Positions 1 to 12,438 of a DNA stretch of 64,000 nt are shown in pieces. The translations under genes were made by a program, and so were the position numbers. The notes below the pieces were generated by a model that was given only the letters and a program-made list of their open reading frames with translations, was not told the DNA's origin and did not search any database. Within the stretch, counting starts at the first letter, position 1. Each line of letters starts with the position of its first letter. The stretch is from positions 78,988,001 through 79,052,000 of the forward strand of contig JBNRSN020000014.1 of NCBI GenBank assembly GCA_051313645.2. The letters run 5' to 3'. The DNA comes from Centroscyllium fabricii (taxonomy: Eukaryota).

Positions 1-139
1 CTACGTCTACAGCATACCTCTGATTCATGCAATTACCCAGCGTAAGTTTACTCGCTAATTGCTTGGGACTAGTGTGTGATTGATCTGTGTTTCAGCTTTG
101 TTGATCCAAGCAGCTGAAACACAATCATGGTACAGCAAG

Positions 140-872
140 TCCAACACCACCTTCAGTGTGCCAGTGCAGCCTTCGGTTGCCTGAGGAAGAGAGTGTTTGA
201 AGACCAGGACCTCAAACCTGGCACTGAACTCATGTTCTACAAAGCAGTAGTGATACCCGCCCTGCTGTATGCCTGAGAGACGGGGACCATGTACAGCAGG
301 CACCTCAAAGCACTGGAGAGGTACCACCAACGCTGCCTCTGCAAGATCCTGCAAATCTAAGGCAGGATAGGCGCACCAACGTCCGTGTTCTCGCTCAGGC
401 CAGCATCGAAGCTTTGACCACGCTCAATCAGCTCTGATGGACGGGTCACACTGTCCGCATGCCCGATACGAGACTCCCAAAACAAGCGCTTTACTCGGAG
501 CTCCGGCACGGCAAGAGAGCACCAGATGGACAGAGGAAACGCTTCCAGGACACCCTCAAAGCCTCCTTGAAAAAGTGTAACATCCCCACCGACACCTGGG
601 AATCTCTGGCCCAAGACCGCACAAAGTAAGGGAAGCACCTGGGAAGGCGCCGAACACCTCGTCGAGTCTCTTTTCTGGGAGCAAGCGGAAGCCAAGTGCA
701 AAGAGCGCACATCAACCCAAGCACCCCACTCACCCGCCCTTTCAACCACCGTCTGCCCCACCTGTGGCAGAGACTGTAGGTCCCGCATTGGACTCATCAG
801 TCACCTGAGAACCCATTTTTAATGTGGAAGCAAGTCATCCTCGGTTCCGAGGGACTGCCTAAGAAGAAGAGA
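140..872 (+). mobile_element. RTE-clade LINE, 3' fragment with (AAG)n tail
   Basis: Decayed RT C-terminus (TELMFYKAVVIPALLYA*ETGTMYSRHLKALERYHQRCLCKILQI), a C-terminal CPTC..HLRTH finger, and the tail gagggactgcctaagaagaag. Confidence 0.85.
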
Positions 873-2131
873 AGATTGTACCTATGTTATTCTATTGAGT
901 TACTGATTGTGGGGGGTGGGAACTTTTCAGCACACACAGTCCCAAGTGAGTAACCTCTGCTTTCCTATATTGTGATAATGCTCAGAAATATTAGGACTTT
1001 CATAGCATCAAACTTTCTTGTACTTGAGACTCACAACTGGTAAGTGGGAGTCACTAGCTTATGTCGAGCCTGCAGTGCCCAGCAGTGTCAGTTTGCAGTC
1101 CTATGTGTATCATTGCCAAGATTCAAAGGGCCTAAAAAGCATCATGTCAAATTGTTGGAGTATTCTTATTTCATATACTTACTTTATAAAGAAAATAGAA
1201 ATGCCCTTTAAGAGGCTGAAAGGATGCAAGATATAAATGTCATCGTCCAATCTAGATCTGGGGCTGGTGACCAAGTCACCTGATTGGTGGAGTAGAGCGG
1301 TTATCTGAGAATCTCTTTCCATATGTAGTGTAAAAACCTCGCACTCTTAAAAAGAACTCGACAAGCCAGATGCCGTAGCTCTTTATTGTGACCATTAAAA
1401 AAATCTTGATGGTTAAAATGAAGGCAGTCATTTACCCCCTCTGATCCTGCTGCCTTCCTGCCGAGTCCTGATCTTAACCTGCTCTTTTGAGCCGGCGAGC
1501 GGGGCACCTGCAGGAAGGAAGCGGCCTCCTTCTGGATATGCTGATCGGGTTCCAGTGATGCCATCGGGACCCGACTGTAACATTAGTTGGAGGCCTGAGT
1601 TGAGGCTGTAATAATTTGTACAGCTCAACGTCTTTAGCAGGTGAGCTATCGGAAACTGCATTCACCCTTGTAGAAGTCATGTCACAAAGGACAATTGAAT
1701 ACAAGTTTATTTGGTGATTGTGAAAGATGCCCTCACTATTGCAAGTTGATAGTCACCAGGAAGTTGAGTTTGCTGTATAAGTGGAAGGCACTTAGTGTTC
1801 CACTGTTCTTTAGTGTATATCCAGTTTATACAACATGTGTAAATTCAACTAAATTAACTAGTTTCATGTATATTTAAAAAGTATTTGAACAAAATACAAA
1901 TGGCATTTAAACTGTCTCAAGCAGCTGAGATATATGGCAAAAAAATTCTTGAAAGTATTTCTTTTTAAGAGAATATGTTGCTCTTTTTACACCCTGTTTT
2001 TATCCACTTGCTTTCCCTGGAGAATGAATTCAATTGTCTTGACTGAGGGAATGCTTCCTGCATCTTTAAACTATGTCCTCTGGGTTAAATCACTCAACTT
2101 TAATCTTTAATGTGTTTTTATTTCTGCACAG

Positions 2132-2345
2132 AGGGATCTCGAAAAACATACACTTCAGAATGGTCTGTCCTCGCCTTCAAGTGAAGCCCCCAACACATTG
2201 TTCACTTCTCCACCAAATGTCTCGGCACTCCTGGATATATCATTGCCAGGACCTCCGGATGACACGTTGTCCCAGGGTGGACCCCACAGCCAAATCAGTG
2301 ACTCCATCATTGAGCTTGCAATCAACTCCACTCAGTATGTTGGTG
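2132..2345 (+). CDS. CRAMP1: CRAMP1 (cramped chromatin regulator homolog 1) internal coding exon
   Basis: ttctgcacAG acceptor and G|GTAAGT donor. Translates RDLEKHTLQNGLSSP...PPNVSALLDISLPGPPDDTLSQGGPHSQISDSIIELAINSTQYVG, matching the recalled human CRAMP1 C-terminal region (SALLDISLPGPPED..ISDSIIEIAI). Confidence 0.9.
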
Positions 2346-2491
2346 GTAAGTAGAAGAAGACTGACTGTTGTGTGGCATATTACAGCATGAAGCACAGGTT
2401 AATTTGAACAATGGGAAACATTTAAGGCTTCTCTGATAAAGCACCATTGTAGGAATGTCACAGGTAGAACAGAAATTGGAAACTCATCTGT

Positions 2492-2871
2492 GGGCGGCAC
2501 GGTGGCACAGTGGTTAGCACTGTTGTCTCACAGCACTGGAGACCCGGGTTCAAATCCAGTACTATCTGTGTGGAGTTTGCACATTCTCCCCGTGTCTGCG
2601 TGGGTTTCCTCCGGGTGCTCCGGTTTCCTCCCACAGTCCAAAAATGTGCGGGTTAGGTTGATTGGCCAGGATAAATTGACCCTTAGTGTTAGGGGGATTG
2701 AATATGTGGGGTTACGGGGATAGGGTGTCGATGCAGGCTCGATAGGGATCGAGGGATATGGGGAGAGGGCAGGGGCGGGGTACTGGGTTTGGATGATCAG
2801 CCATGATCTCATTGAATGGCGGAGCAGGCTCGAAGGGCCGAATGGCCTACTCCTGCTCCTAGTTTCTATGT
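2492..2871 (+). mobile_element. HE1-type (V-SINE) tRNA-derived SINE, full length
   Basis: tRNA head (GGTGGCACAGTGG...GGTTCAAATCC), V-domain TGTGGAGTTTGCACATTCTCCCCGTG, and a CR1-derived tail GAATGGCCTACTCCTGCTCC..TCTATGTT. Confidence 0.9.
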
Positions 2872-3052
2872 TGAGAAAACTGATAGTTTAAACTTGTAAC
2901 TATGTTGTGTTGAAACATGGCTTCAAAGTTAACATTTGCCATAACTAATGGAGAGTTAGTTGCAGTTTACAGGACTATATGGCTGAGAGGGAGTTATTTT
3001 GGCACATGTATATTTTATTTTCAAAGTGAATATTAATTTCTACTGTTGTAAC

Positions 3053-3216
3053 CAATGTTCCCTGCAGCTGCCCTTTGTTTCGTGCAGCCTGTTCCTTTTA
3101 ATGCGCGGTCCCTTTAAATTTCCGTGCATGCGCGGTATTTACAATGGAGAAGCCGGTAAGCAGCCTACACGGGACCTTTTCCATTACTGCGACCGCAAAG
3201 CTTAGAGGGAACATTT
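3053..3216. mobile_element. hAT-type MITE
   Basis: TIRs CAATGTTCCCT/AGGGAACATT and an 8-bp TSD gttgtaac/gttgtaat. Same TIR as 48787-48931. Confidence 0.75.
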
Positions 3217-3448
3217 GTTGTAATGCAGTTCCTCCTTTGATAGCCCCAACGCCAAACAGCTTTTATTAGGAACAATCAATTAAGTGTGTAACCTATTCTT
3301 AAAGAAAGAGCTGGTATTTATATAGCGACTTTTATGACCTCAGGATGTCCCAAAGCATTTTACAGCTAATGAGGTATAGTCACTGTTGTAATATAACTTA
3401 CTCACTGCAACAGCTTCTGACATAAACCACATTTTTTGTTTTAAATAG

Positions 3449-3613
3449 GTGACGGTGCTTCTCTCTCTCCGACAAAGTTGAATGGTAGTGACAGCTCTAA
3501 GAGTCTCCCATCTCCCTCATCCAGTCCTCAACGCAACTGGATTCCCTCTCCTACCCACGATCCACAGTGGTATCCAAATGATTCTGGTGACTCCTCGTTG
3601 GGTAGTCTGTTGT
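3449..3613 (+). CDS. CRAMP1: CRAMP1 coding exon
   Basis: ttttaaatAG acceptor and T|GTAAGT donor, phase-compatible with neighbours. Translates GDGASLSPTKLNGSDSSKSLPSPSSSPQRNWIPSPTHDPQWYPNDSGDSSLGSLL. Confidence 0.93.
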
Positions 3614-3828
3614 GTAAGTAGCTTGTAGTTTATTGTCTTCCAAAAGCTGCATTTCACCTCATTACAATTTGCACTCCCTAAGCACACAAACATATCCTGC
3701 AAGGTCTCGGTCCCATTTCAAATATCTAGATTCATCATGAGGTAGTGACTTGTTTCTCAGTTCCCATTCAATTTCTCCCAACTCCGACAGGCAGTGAAAG
3801 ATTCAAAGTCTCCATAAGCAAACACATT

Positions 3829-4647
3829 GGCCTTGATTTTCACTGAGTCGTGGAGTCGGGATTGAAGGCGTGCGGGGGGTTAAAATCCCGAATTCGGGTG
3901 TCCTGACCCATCCCACACCCAAATCCGCCTCCGTGCCAGTTTCAAAGGAGGCGGGCACCCGCACTGGGAACGGCCTACCCAAGGCGGGATGGGATTAGTG
4001 CCAATTAACTGCCTGTTAACAGGTAGTTTTTAGCCTAATCCCTATTTTAAACGTTGAACTGAGAGTTTCCCGATGGCTCCAAACCACGCCAAATTAGAGT
4101 CGTCGGGCCATCGGGTTGAAGGACTTGGAGGGGGTCGAGCTGTCAGTGTTCAGGTGAGTGATGTGTGCAGGAGTGCAAATGTAAGTGTGTTTGGTGTGTC
4201 TAAAGTGATTAAATAAGTTTAACATACCTTTTCTTACCTTCTCACCCTTCCTTCCTTTAGGCTTTGGGAGTGCCTCATCCAACCAGCACAGAAAGCAGAA
4301 TGGCTGTGATCTGTCAGAAGTGACAGCCTGCAGCTTTCTGTGCTGGTAAGATTTCTAACTGAGTCTGTGTAGAAGGATTCAGGTTAGAAGTAAGACTGTG
4401 TCAGTGTTTGACAGCTTCAAACAGCTGTGAAACGCTGATATTTCATCTGTCAAAACGTCTTGACAGAGGAAATTTCAGTCTGTGACATCACCTGTTTCCG
4501 GGTGGCCCTTAATTGGCCTGCTGAGCCCGCTGGGTGGACTCAACAAGGTCAATCAAGTGAAAATTGCGTGGATTGGCCGCATCTTGATGGAGGCGGGACT
4601 ACAAGCCCGAAAGTTGTAGTCCCGACTCCGGAGTTAAAATCACCCCC
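3829..4647. mobile_element. Harbinger-like non-autonomous DNA element
   Basis: GG..GATTTT/AAAATC..CC termini with ATT on both flanks, and an internal hairpin at 4283-4346. Confidence 0.6.
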
Positions 4648-5046
4648 ATTGTGTAGATTTGGTATCTTAGCATCTATACTGAACTCTGTTTAATATCACA
4701 ATGTCCTTGATGACGTGTTTTTTCCTTTTCTCGTGTGATGGTTTTGTATTGCATAAATGCGCAACAGGTCTTGCCAGCCGGCCTCTTCTGTTTGTCATTT
4801 CAGCCTTTATTGCATGAGTGAAGTTATTTTTTTTAATGTTGTGCTGTTGTTCATCAGTGTGGAGTACAGTAATAATAATCCCACCACTGGCTGGTCACAA
4901 AGTGGCATTGTTAAAGGCCTCAGGGCAGCACTCCTTCATGAGCTCTGAGTTGGCAACTGATGCATGGTACAAGTAACCAGAGAGAAGAGAAAAGAAACAT
5001 GAAATGTGACTAAACTAACATGTAATTGGAGAAAGGGGGAGACATT

Positions 5047-5759
5047 GGGCGCGAAATTTGTGAGCGCACGAATTGGGGCGCTAAAATTGGTGCGGCGCTA
5101 AAATTACCGCCACCGCTAAATACGCGCCCAGTATTCACTTTAGCGCCGGCATTGCAGATTTCGGCGCTAAATCAGGTGTTGCACGAGATCCAGCCAGCCA
5201 ATATTTTGGCGCTAATTGCCGATCGCGGGCACAGCGCTCCTTCAGCAACTCCTTGCTTTCCCATAAACTCTGGAGCCGGAAAGGTCTTAAAGGGGTAGGG
5301 GGAACATTGCATGATGTGTCGGCACCCCTCCCTCATAATCTCCCCGATCTCTCCGGACCCCCTCATCATCTCCCCGATCTCGCCCCGCCCGACCCCCCTC
5401 AGCATCTGACCGATCTTGGGCCGAAGAGGCTACCGAGGAAATGGAGGGTCGCCCTTTTAGCAGCGCTGCAGCGGCCACTCAGACCCTCAGCATCGCTTGC
5501 CAAAGCTGGCACTGGCAGCGCTGCGCCTGGGGGACTGGCGCAAAGGCGAATTTCGGGCGTAGCCCGGCGGGCGGTTGTTGCACCTAGATATGCACGACGA
5601 TTGCCGATCGCAAATTAGCATGCGCTAACAGTTAGCGCTGGCGCTAATCACTGGGTGAATTTAGCGCCCGGTGCTAAAATGTCTGTGCCCGGCACTAAAA
5701 CCTGTAGCGCCCATTTTTCGGCGCTAAACCGACGACGCTAAGGCGGCAATTTCGCGCCC
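5047..5759. mobile_element. GC-rich Harbinger-like MITE (GGCGCTAA-rich)
   Basis: TIR GGGCGCGAAATT/AATTTCGCGCCC, flanks ATT/ATA. A second copy lies inverted at 21929-22999. Confidence 0.75.
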
Positions 5760-6007
5760 ATAGTAAATTAATCCTGCAGGGTGTGCTGGGAATTTTGGTA
5801 TAATCTAGGTTTTGTTTGCCATAACTCTCTATTCCCAAATCAGATATTATATATACCACATTCTTCATCCAGTAATAAACTTAGTTTGTTGATTAGTAAT
5901 GTTGAGGATGGACATGAGCCAAAGTTATGTGACACCATAAGCATTACTTCTAGGTAAAATAATAATCCTCAGGATTTTTATATTACTTGTAAAATTGTAA
6001 GAAAGCA

Positions 6008-6390
6008 AAACTTGTATTTATCTTGTGTATCACAAAAATGTCCCAGAGCAATTCACATAATGAATTACTTTGAAGTGCAGCAGCTATTATGTAGGAAAAC
6101 CTGGCACTCATTTTGTGCAAGGCAACATTCCAAAAACAACACTGAGGTGAAACCAGGTAATCTGTTTTTGAAATAACAACAGAAAACACTGGAGAAACTC
6201 TGCAGGCCAGGCAGCATCGGGAGAGAGAGAAACAGAGTTAACGTTTCAGGTCGATGATCTGTTTTTGATGTTAGTTAAGAGTGAAATGTTGGCAAGGATT
6301 CTGGAAGAACTCCCTACTTTCCTTCACCTAGTGTAATGGGATGTTTAATGCCCATCTGAGCAAGCACACAGGACCTCAATTTAATGTCTC
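6008..6390 (-). mobile_element. Ancient SINE (DeuSINE/SacSINE-like body with L2-type tail), interrupted by the PLE fragment 6172-6256
   Basis: Degenerate match to the recalled Deu-domain SINE body. Related pieces occur at 3308-3395 (tail) and 7165-7325 (tRNA head). Confidence 0.5.
6172..6256 (-). mobile_element. Penelope-like (family B) terminal fragment with partial hammerhead motif
   Basis: The reverse complement reads TCATCGACCTGAAACGTTAACTCTG. Perfect 12-bp TSD atctgtttttga (6160-6171 / 6257-6268). Confidence 0.7.
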
Positions 6391-7337
6391 TTTTGTTTTT
6401 GAATTCTTGTACCCTTTTTACTCTAGATATTTTTGGCTTCTGTGTTTCAAATTACTGTTGTAGGTGAGTTGCAGCTCCCTACATCCTCAGCAGCATTTTT
6501 ACTTGGCCTGATAGCTAGTTAAAATGTTCTAGCGTGTTCAGCATACTGAACCCTTCAGCTAATTATTCTATCCAATGCTTCCACAGGATTCTCCTGTCTT
6601 TGGAAAGCAGTAGACTAACACTGCACTAGACTTTGTTTAACGTGTTAAGTGGCAACGTTTTATTGAATATAGAATAAATAAATAAACTCAGTAATAATAA
6701 GTATTTTTACAGTAGTTAAACTTTGTTAGCTTCTCCTATCGTAGAAAATAAATAGTTTGCATCTCTTTTGGTAAAACTAAGTTATAATTATGTAGTGGTC
6801 CTTTTACTCTTCACTAACTACAGAAGTTATCTGACTTATCTAATTCTCATCATAGGTTCTAGTCAGACAGCCTCTGTTTGAAAGCTCCAACTGAAACTCA
6901 TCAAAGTGTGGGCTGCTAAAAAGCTCAAAACTGGTGGGGGGTGCTTTGTGAATTTAATGAATTCATTAAATTTAAACGTCTGCCAATCGGATGCGCATAA
7001 ACAAATCACACAGCATGTTTGTATTTGAATTGGATAACTCTGCTCCTTCAGTCATTGCAACAATTTACCAACTAAAGTTGTGATGTGATTTCTGAGAGTA
7101 CTGTGATAGGATTAAAGAAGCCAATGCCAAGCTAGATCTTTGACAAAAATGCTTCTGTTTTGTCACCATCTCACCCAAAGGATGAAACCTCCACAATGCA
7201 GGACTCCTTCAGTACTGCACAGAAGTGTTGACCTAACTTGTGTGCTCCAGTCCTGGAGTTGGCTTTTAACCCACAACCTTCTGACTCAGAGAAAAGGAGT
7301 GCTACCAACTCAGCCAAGCTGACACTAAAAAGACAAT

Positions 7338-8083
7338 GGCCCAGAAATTCGGGTCCCAACGCGTGAGTACGCGCTGGGTACTCACGCGTAGGCCCATCCA
7401 AAGTGCCGGTTTCGTGCATGCACAACGCATGCGCGTGAAACCGGCACTTCTGATCCCCTGACAGAAGAGATCAGAGGTCGGAACGCGTGCGCACTGCACT
7501 TCCGATTTTTTTTACAGGGTCTGTTTCCGGGTAAGTCTGGAAAAAGTTACGGCTGCTTTTTTAATGTGCAAAGACTGGTTTTCAGAAGGTAAGTGGTGAA
7601 TTAATTCAAATTAAAAAAAAAAATTCCACAGACTTTTTATTTTTAAATACTTTAAAGAAAGGTAAGTTTATTTTTAGCCCCGTTCAAAACTGTAATTAAT
7701 TTTTATGAAAATTTAAATTATTGTTTAAAATAGTTATTTAAGTAATTGATAGTTATTTTGAAAAAATGTGATTTTTAAAAACTTATTTGAAGATTTAGTG
7801 ATGTTTTGGGGCTTGTAGTTTTCATACTTTTGACATACTTCCTGTCAAACTTTTATGAATGGAGCATTCTGTGCTCCGATTGGCTCTCCGTGGCCCACGT
7901 GATCCCGCGCGATCCCTCGCACTATCTGCACCGCTCGGATACAGGAGCGCGGCGCGCCGGCAGTTGACGAAGGCCCCGCGTCGGAATTCCACGTGGGCCC
8001 ACAGCTCAACGGCCGGCGCGCGAGGTAAATGCAGGTTGGAGGCTTGCACACGCGGGAAGCCTCCGACCCCGAATGTCTGGGCC
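7338..8083. mobile_element. Harbinger-like MITE
   Basis: TIR GGCCCAGAAATTC/GAATGTCTGGGCC, AAT TSD on both sides, and internal subterminal hairpins. Confidence 0.75.
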
Positions 8084-8201
8084 AATGAGGTTGAAACCTG
8101 ACCTTTCAAGGATCTGTATTACTATTGTGTGCTTTAGGGGTATGCTGTACTCGTAAGAGAGATGCAGTGTATTCAATTGCTATGTTCTGGATTGGTTGCA
8201 G

Positions 8202-8341
8202 CAAGCCTAATATCACCTGAAAAGGGGCGGAAGATGCTAACAACTGGCAACAGCAACAGCAGCTCTCTGCTTGGAACAAGCCTACTGGATGGAAACTCCA
8301 GAGATTCCTTTGTGTCCCGCTCGCTGGTAGATGTCTCTGAG
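8202..8341 (+). CDS. CRAMP1: CRAMP1 penultimate coding exon
   Basis: ttgcAG acceptor and GAG|GTAAGA donor. Translates SSLISPEKGRKMLTTGNSNSSSLLGTSLLDGNSRDSFVSRSLVDVSE. Confidence 0.93.
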
Positions 8342-8795
8342 GTAAGAAGGTGGGCTCTATTTGAAAAGTGACCTAAGCAACGCTTTATAAAGAAGAACAT
8401 TCAACAGTATCTTTAAAAAATCAAATATGTGATGATGAACAGTTAAGGTTCAAGCCTAAGCTACCAAAGGGTTTTCTAGTAGTATATGACTATTGAGTTG
8501 CACTGCTGGCTAATGGGGCTCTCCAAGTTAAATATTCTTGGCAAATTAACTGAAGATTGAAATGTCGATTTATCCACAGATTTTGAGGTCCTTGTAAAAC
8601 TGGTTTGTTGCTTTGGGAACATATTGAGTGAACATTGCAACTTTTGATACTTCAGTTGGCAGAATCCATCTGTGCAGTGAAATTGGTTACCACCCATCTG
8701 ATCCTATTTCAGTAACTTTCAGTTCAAATGTTGGTGCTGTGCAGGGAGAAAAATATGCTTTACGAACATATTTTGGCTGATTATATCTTTTAGTG

Positions 8796-8909
8796 AAGAG
8801 AGAAACAGAGTTAACTCAGTTTCTCTCTCCACGGATGCTGCCTGACCTGCTGAGTGTTTCCAGCATTTTCTGTTGTTTCAGATTTCCAGCATCCGCAGTA
8901 TTTGCTATT
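8796..8909 (+). mobile_element. Penelope-like (family B) short fold-back insertion
   Basis: Inverted junction gagagaaacagagtt|aactcagtttctctc. About 15-bp TSD ttatatcttt(t)tagtg. Confidence 0.7.
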
Positions 8910-9254
8910 TTATATCTTTTAGTGGACGAGTGCCTAATTAATATTAATCTGGAATAGTTGTTGCAAGTTGTTTTCGAGTGATCACTGATATTTTCCTGGC
9001 TGCTGCATTTCATGGAGCAGTCAGTAGAATTCACCCATCATCGAGTGACCTGAAGTGGCAGCTTTGATTGCCATTTATGTTAAAGGGGGGTGAAGGTCCA
9101 GCAGGAAAACAGCAATATTGTTCTTGTACAAAAAGCAGTTCAACAACCTGATATCTTTTTAACCTTCTGAGCACTAGTAAGAATAATTGTTCTAACAGTA
9201 TTCCTATTATCCAGCAAGGGATGGATGGGTGTTCCCATTCTTTCTTTAGCAGTA

Positions 9255-9510
9255 CAGGTCCGGCACCGTTAATCCGGCACCGTCGGGCCCAGGCCAGTGC
9301 CGCCGGACCACTGAAAAATCCGAACCACTGAAGGTTTGGGGAGCGCATGCGCTGACAATTCAAAATGGCCGCTGCACATGCACAGACCAGTCGAGGAAAG
9401 GCCCGTGCATCGCGAGCGTCCCTGGGATCACGTGGGCCGGACAGACGGATTCGTGCCGGACCACTGAAGTTGCCGGACCATCGGGTCCCGGATTAACTGT
9501 GCACAACCTG
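9255..9510. mobile_element. Tigger/pogo-like MITE
   Basis: TA|CAGGT...TTAATCCGG and CCGGATTAA...ACCTG|TA. Same family as 40605-41338, 35622-35675 and 45521-46190. Confidence 0.75.
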
Positions 9511-10053
9511 TACTTCTATCTTTACAAAAATGTATTCTTCACAGATGTGTAATAGTATAATATGGCTTTAATTCTGAATTGGCCACGCGATACAGCATTT
9601 CAGATATAGAACTATATTTTCTGTCCAAAGCTAATTCAAAGGAAGGTTTGAAATGTTTTAGATCCTTTTGGAAAACTACTATGGAAATGCACCTGTGTTA
9701 CTCATCTACTGAACCATGCAAACATTTTAAAGCATTTTTATTTCATAGCTGGCCTATTGGCACCACAGTGTTCATCTGAAGGAAGCACTTCTTTCCCTCC
9801 TCCCTCCCCCTCCCATCCCTACCACCACCAAAAAACAAAGGAGGTAGAAAAACCTGGTCATGGGACAAGTTCATCTGTGCCAGTGTATCAATTAGTTCCT
9901 GGTAGCCAGTAAAAGGCAGACATTAGCAGAGAACAACTTGGTCAAATTCATAAGGGGTAGGCAAAGAGGGGACATCTAAATGTTCATTTTAAGCATTTGT
10001 GCTGTATTTGTACTCATGTACTCATTTTCAGACTGGCTTTCTTTGTTATGTAG

Positions 10054-10206
10054 GTCGACTCTCAGCTGGTGTGTATGATGAATGAAAGCAGTGTGGATTA
10101 CATTGCCCGCTTTAACGACCTCGCCCAAGAGCTCTCGGGGGCTGAGACTTCAAGGAAGGAGATGCTTTTTGACAGTGTCCCTCCAATTGGAGATCTTTCG
10201 CAGTAA
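10054..10206 (+). CDS. CRAMP1: CRAMP1 terminal coding exon (to stop)
   Basis: ttatgtAG acceptor. Translates VDSQLVCMMNESSVDYIARFNDLAQELSGAETSRKEMLFDSVPPIGDLSQ* (TAA 10204-10206), matching the conserved CRAMP1 C-terminus. Confidence 0.94.
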   Translation, partial: VDSQLVCMMNESSVDYIARFNDLAQELSGAETSRKEMLFDSVPPIGDLSQ

Positions 10207-12099
10207 GGTCATGAACCGAACAAGGGACGCAATGAGAGTCCCCCATTTCTCAGCACCTTGCCAATTAAGCTGCCCATAACGGGCACTGACTACTGGAGAA
10301 ACCATTTGTAAATGACACTGAGAGGTTTGAAAAATGTGCAATATGCTCGACAGTACTTCCCGTCAATCAGTATTAGATTTATGCTAACATTACGCTGGCA
10401 GTCAGTGACACTGCGTGAAGCTACAAAACAGAAGAGGCCAAAAGAATCCTGCGATGGGACCGAACACTAGGGCGAAAATCTCTCCCAACGTCCGAAACTG
10501 AAATGCAGCTCGAGCACGTGCTTAGATTGGGCATGGAGACAAAACTGTTGTAAGAACTTAAGAGTCTTGATGCAGATCTGGTGATGTTCTTATGGTTTGT
10601 ACCAAGTTAGTCCTGGATTGATGAAAGAATGTTCTGGAGAGAGTTATACAAGCCTTTTGTTGTATATAACACACCCATTTGTGCTTTCTATTAAAAGCAA
10701 AACAGTATTAATCCTAGAGGGAACCTAAAACATTAGTGACTGTATTCTACCTGAAAGAATATGATAAAATCCATGGCTCACATGATTGTAGTGATTATTC
10801 TGTCCATGTGGGATTGATTATGGTACAAGGAGATCATTAAACTAATAATAGTAGCTTAGGCTCACTGAATTTTGGTCCCCATTGCAGCAATATGCCCTTA
10901 AATGTCTGTCTAATGTGCAGGTGAATTTTTCTGAGAATTCCTATTGAGGTGCATGGTGTTGATGCAAAGTGTGTTCAAAAAGTGCATAGGTTTGTGTACG
11001 TGTGAACTGAGGAACTAGGCAGTAACAAACAAGTCTCTGGTGGTCACTCTAAAAATGAAATCCATTTCTTTATGCTGCACTTGTGGTTTGATAAGTGGTA
11101 GTTATTTGTAATGGGCTATTTGTTCATCAGGATTTTCATTGTCTTGGCAAGAACCTCCAACTGTTATGATATTGCTATGCCTCCTTTGTTCACACACCAT
11201 ACTAGCTTTCCTATTCGCTATGTCTGGTACTTTTATCTTTCTAGTTTATGGTTCTCTAATCCTGCTATCACATTAGTGGTTCTCTTCCCCACCCCCGCAC
11301 CCCATCTTCCGTAATCTTTGTCCTGAGTTGCTGAATCAGCTTTAATGGGTCTCTGCCTGTTGTCCTCTTTCCTTCGTGTCTGTCAGAAACAAACCTGAAG
11401 CTTGATGCTGAGTACAGTATGTTATGATTGCTTCACCCAACATCAAGGTCTAGATGCACCTTCTCAATTTGTTTCTGTGCTGTTGATTTTAAATTGTCAG
11501 TTTGTTTTTAATGCACCGCCCACCATTTCCTTTTTAAACGTACAGAAGTCTAATTACATATAAGGTCGAAAGATTTTCCATCCTGAATATATACTCTCCC
11601 TTTGTTAGTTGTCTTTTCGATTGTGTCCTGTTGTGCTTTATGTTTGAGTTATGGTACCACTTTTCTGTTAATGTGAAACAATTTCAGGTGCTGACTCCCA
11701 AGCAAACTGAAGCAACAGTTGCGTGGTTTACTTTTACGAGGTGATCTCGCGCTGCTTGGGCTTTCCATGCCCACGGGATCCACTGAGCCACCGTCTATCT
11801 TTACAAACTTACTTTTGACCTTTTTTAAATACTATTAGAGAAGCTCCTGTCTGCTCTCTCAGAACATTAAACCTGAGCAGCGGCGCTCTGTGTCCAAGCA
11901 CCTGTGTACAGATTTGCTGCTGAGCGTTAGTGCAAGGAGCAATCGGCAATGTAACTCTGGTCTGCTGGCTGCGCGTCATAAGGTACAGGAAAGATTCTCA
12001 AAAGAGTTTTGCGGTTTAAAAAAATATATAACTCGAGTGCTTCAGATTCAGATTGTGTACTATCCGTAGCCTAGGTGTTAGCATTGTTAATTTTATGTA

Positions 12100-12438
12100 C
12101 AGGAAACTCTTTGATGTCCGGCACTGATGGGACCGGCGAGTTGCCGGTTTATCAAAATTTCCAGATAATTGAGAGGGTTATCTACCGAGGCTATTTTTAA
12201 CAAAGAAAAAGAAAAACAAAATCAAGAAATGTGCAGTATACAGTAATTGGGTACTCACCTACAGACTGTTGTGGATTGTGGCGGTTTGGAGAACTACCCC
12301 CACTGATTAACTCGGCCACCACAGGAGACTCGGACTCGGCAACATTGCTGGTTATTGAGGTGTTGTTTTCGGATGAGAATTTTGCCGGTTAATAGAGAAT
12401 TCCAGATATTTAGGTGCCGGTTAAACAAGAGTTTCCTG
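12100..12438. mobile_element. Tigger/pogo-like MITE (second family)
   Basis: TA|CAGGAAACTCTT..CCGGCAC and GTGCCGG..AAGAGTTTCCTG|TA. Confidence 0.75.

Noticed and set aside
2492-2566. tRNA-like sequence with A and B boxes (also at 14457, 22740, 35560, 46935 and 51410)
   Set aside because: These are SINE heads followed by the V-domain and LINE tail, not tRNA genes.
5047-5759. Apparent intronic CpG island or promoter
   Set aside because: Explained by a TIR-bounded MITE with a second copy at 21929-22999.
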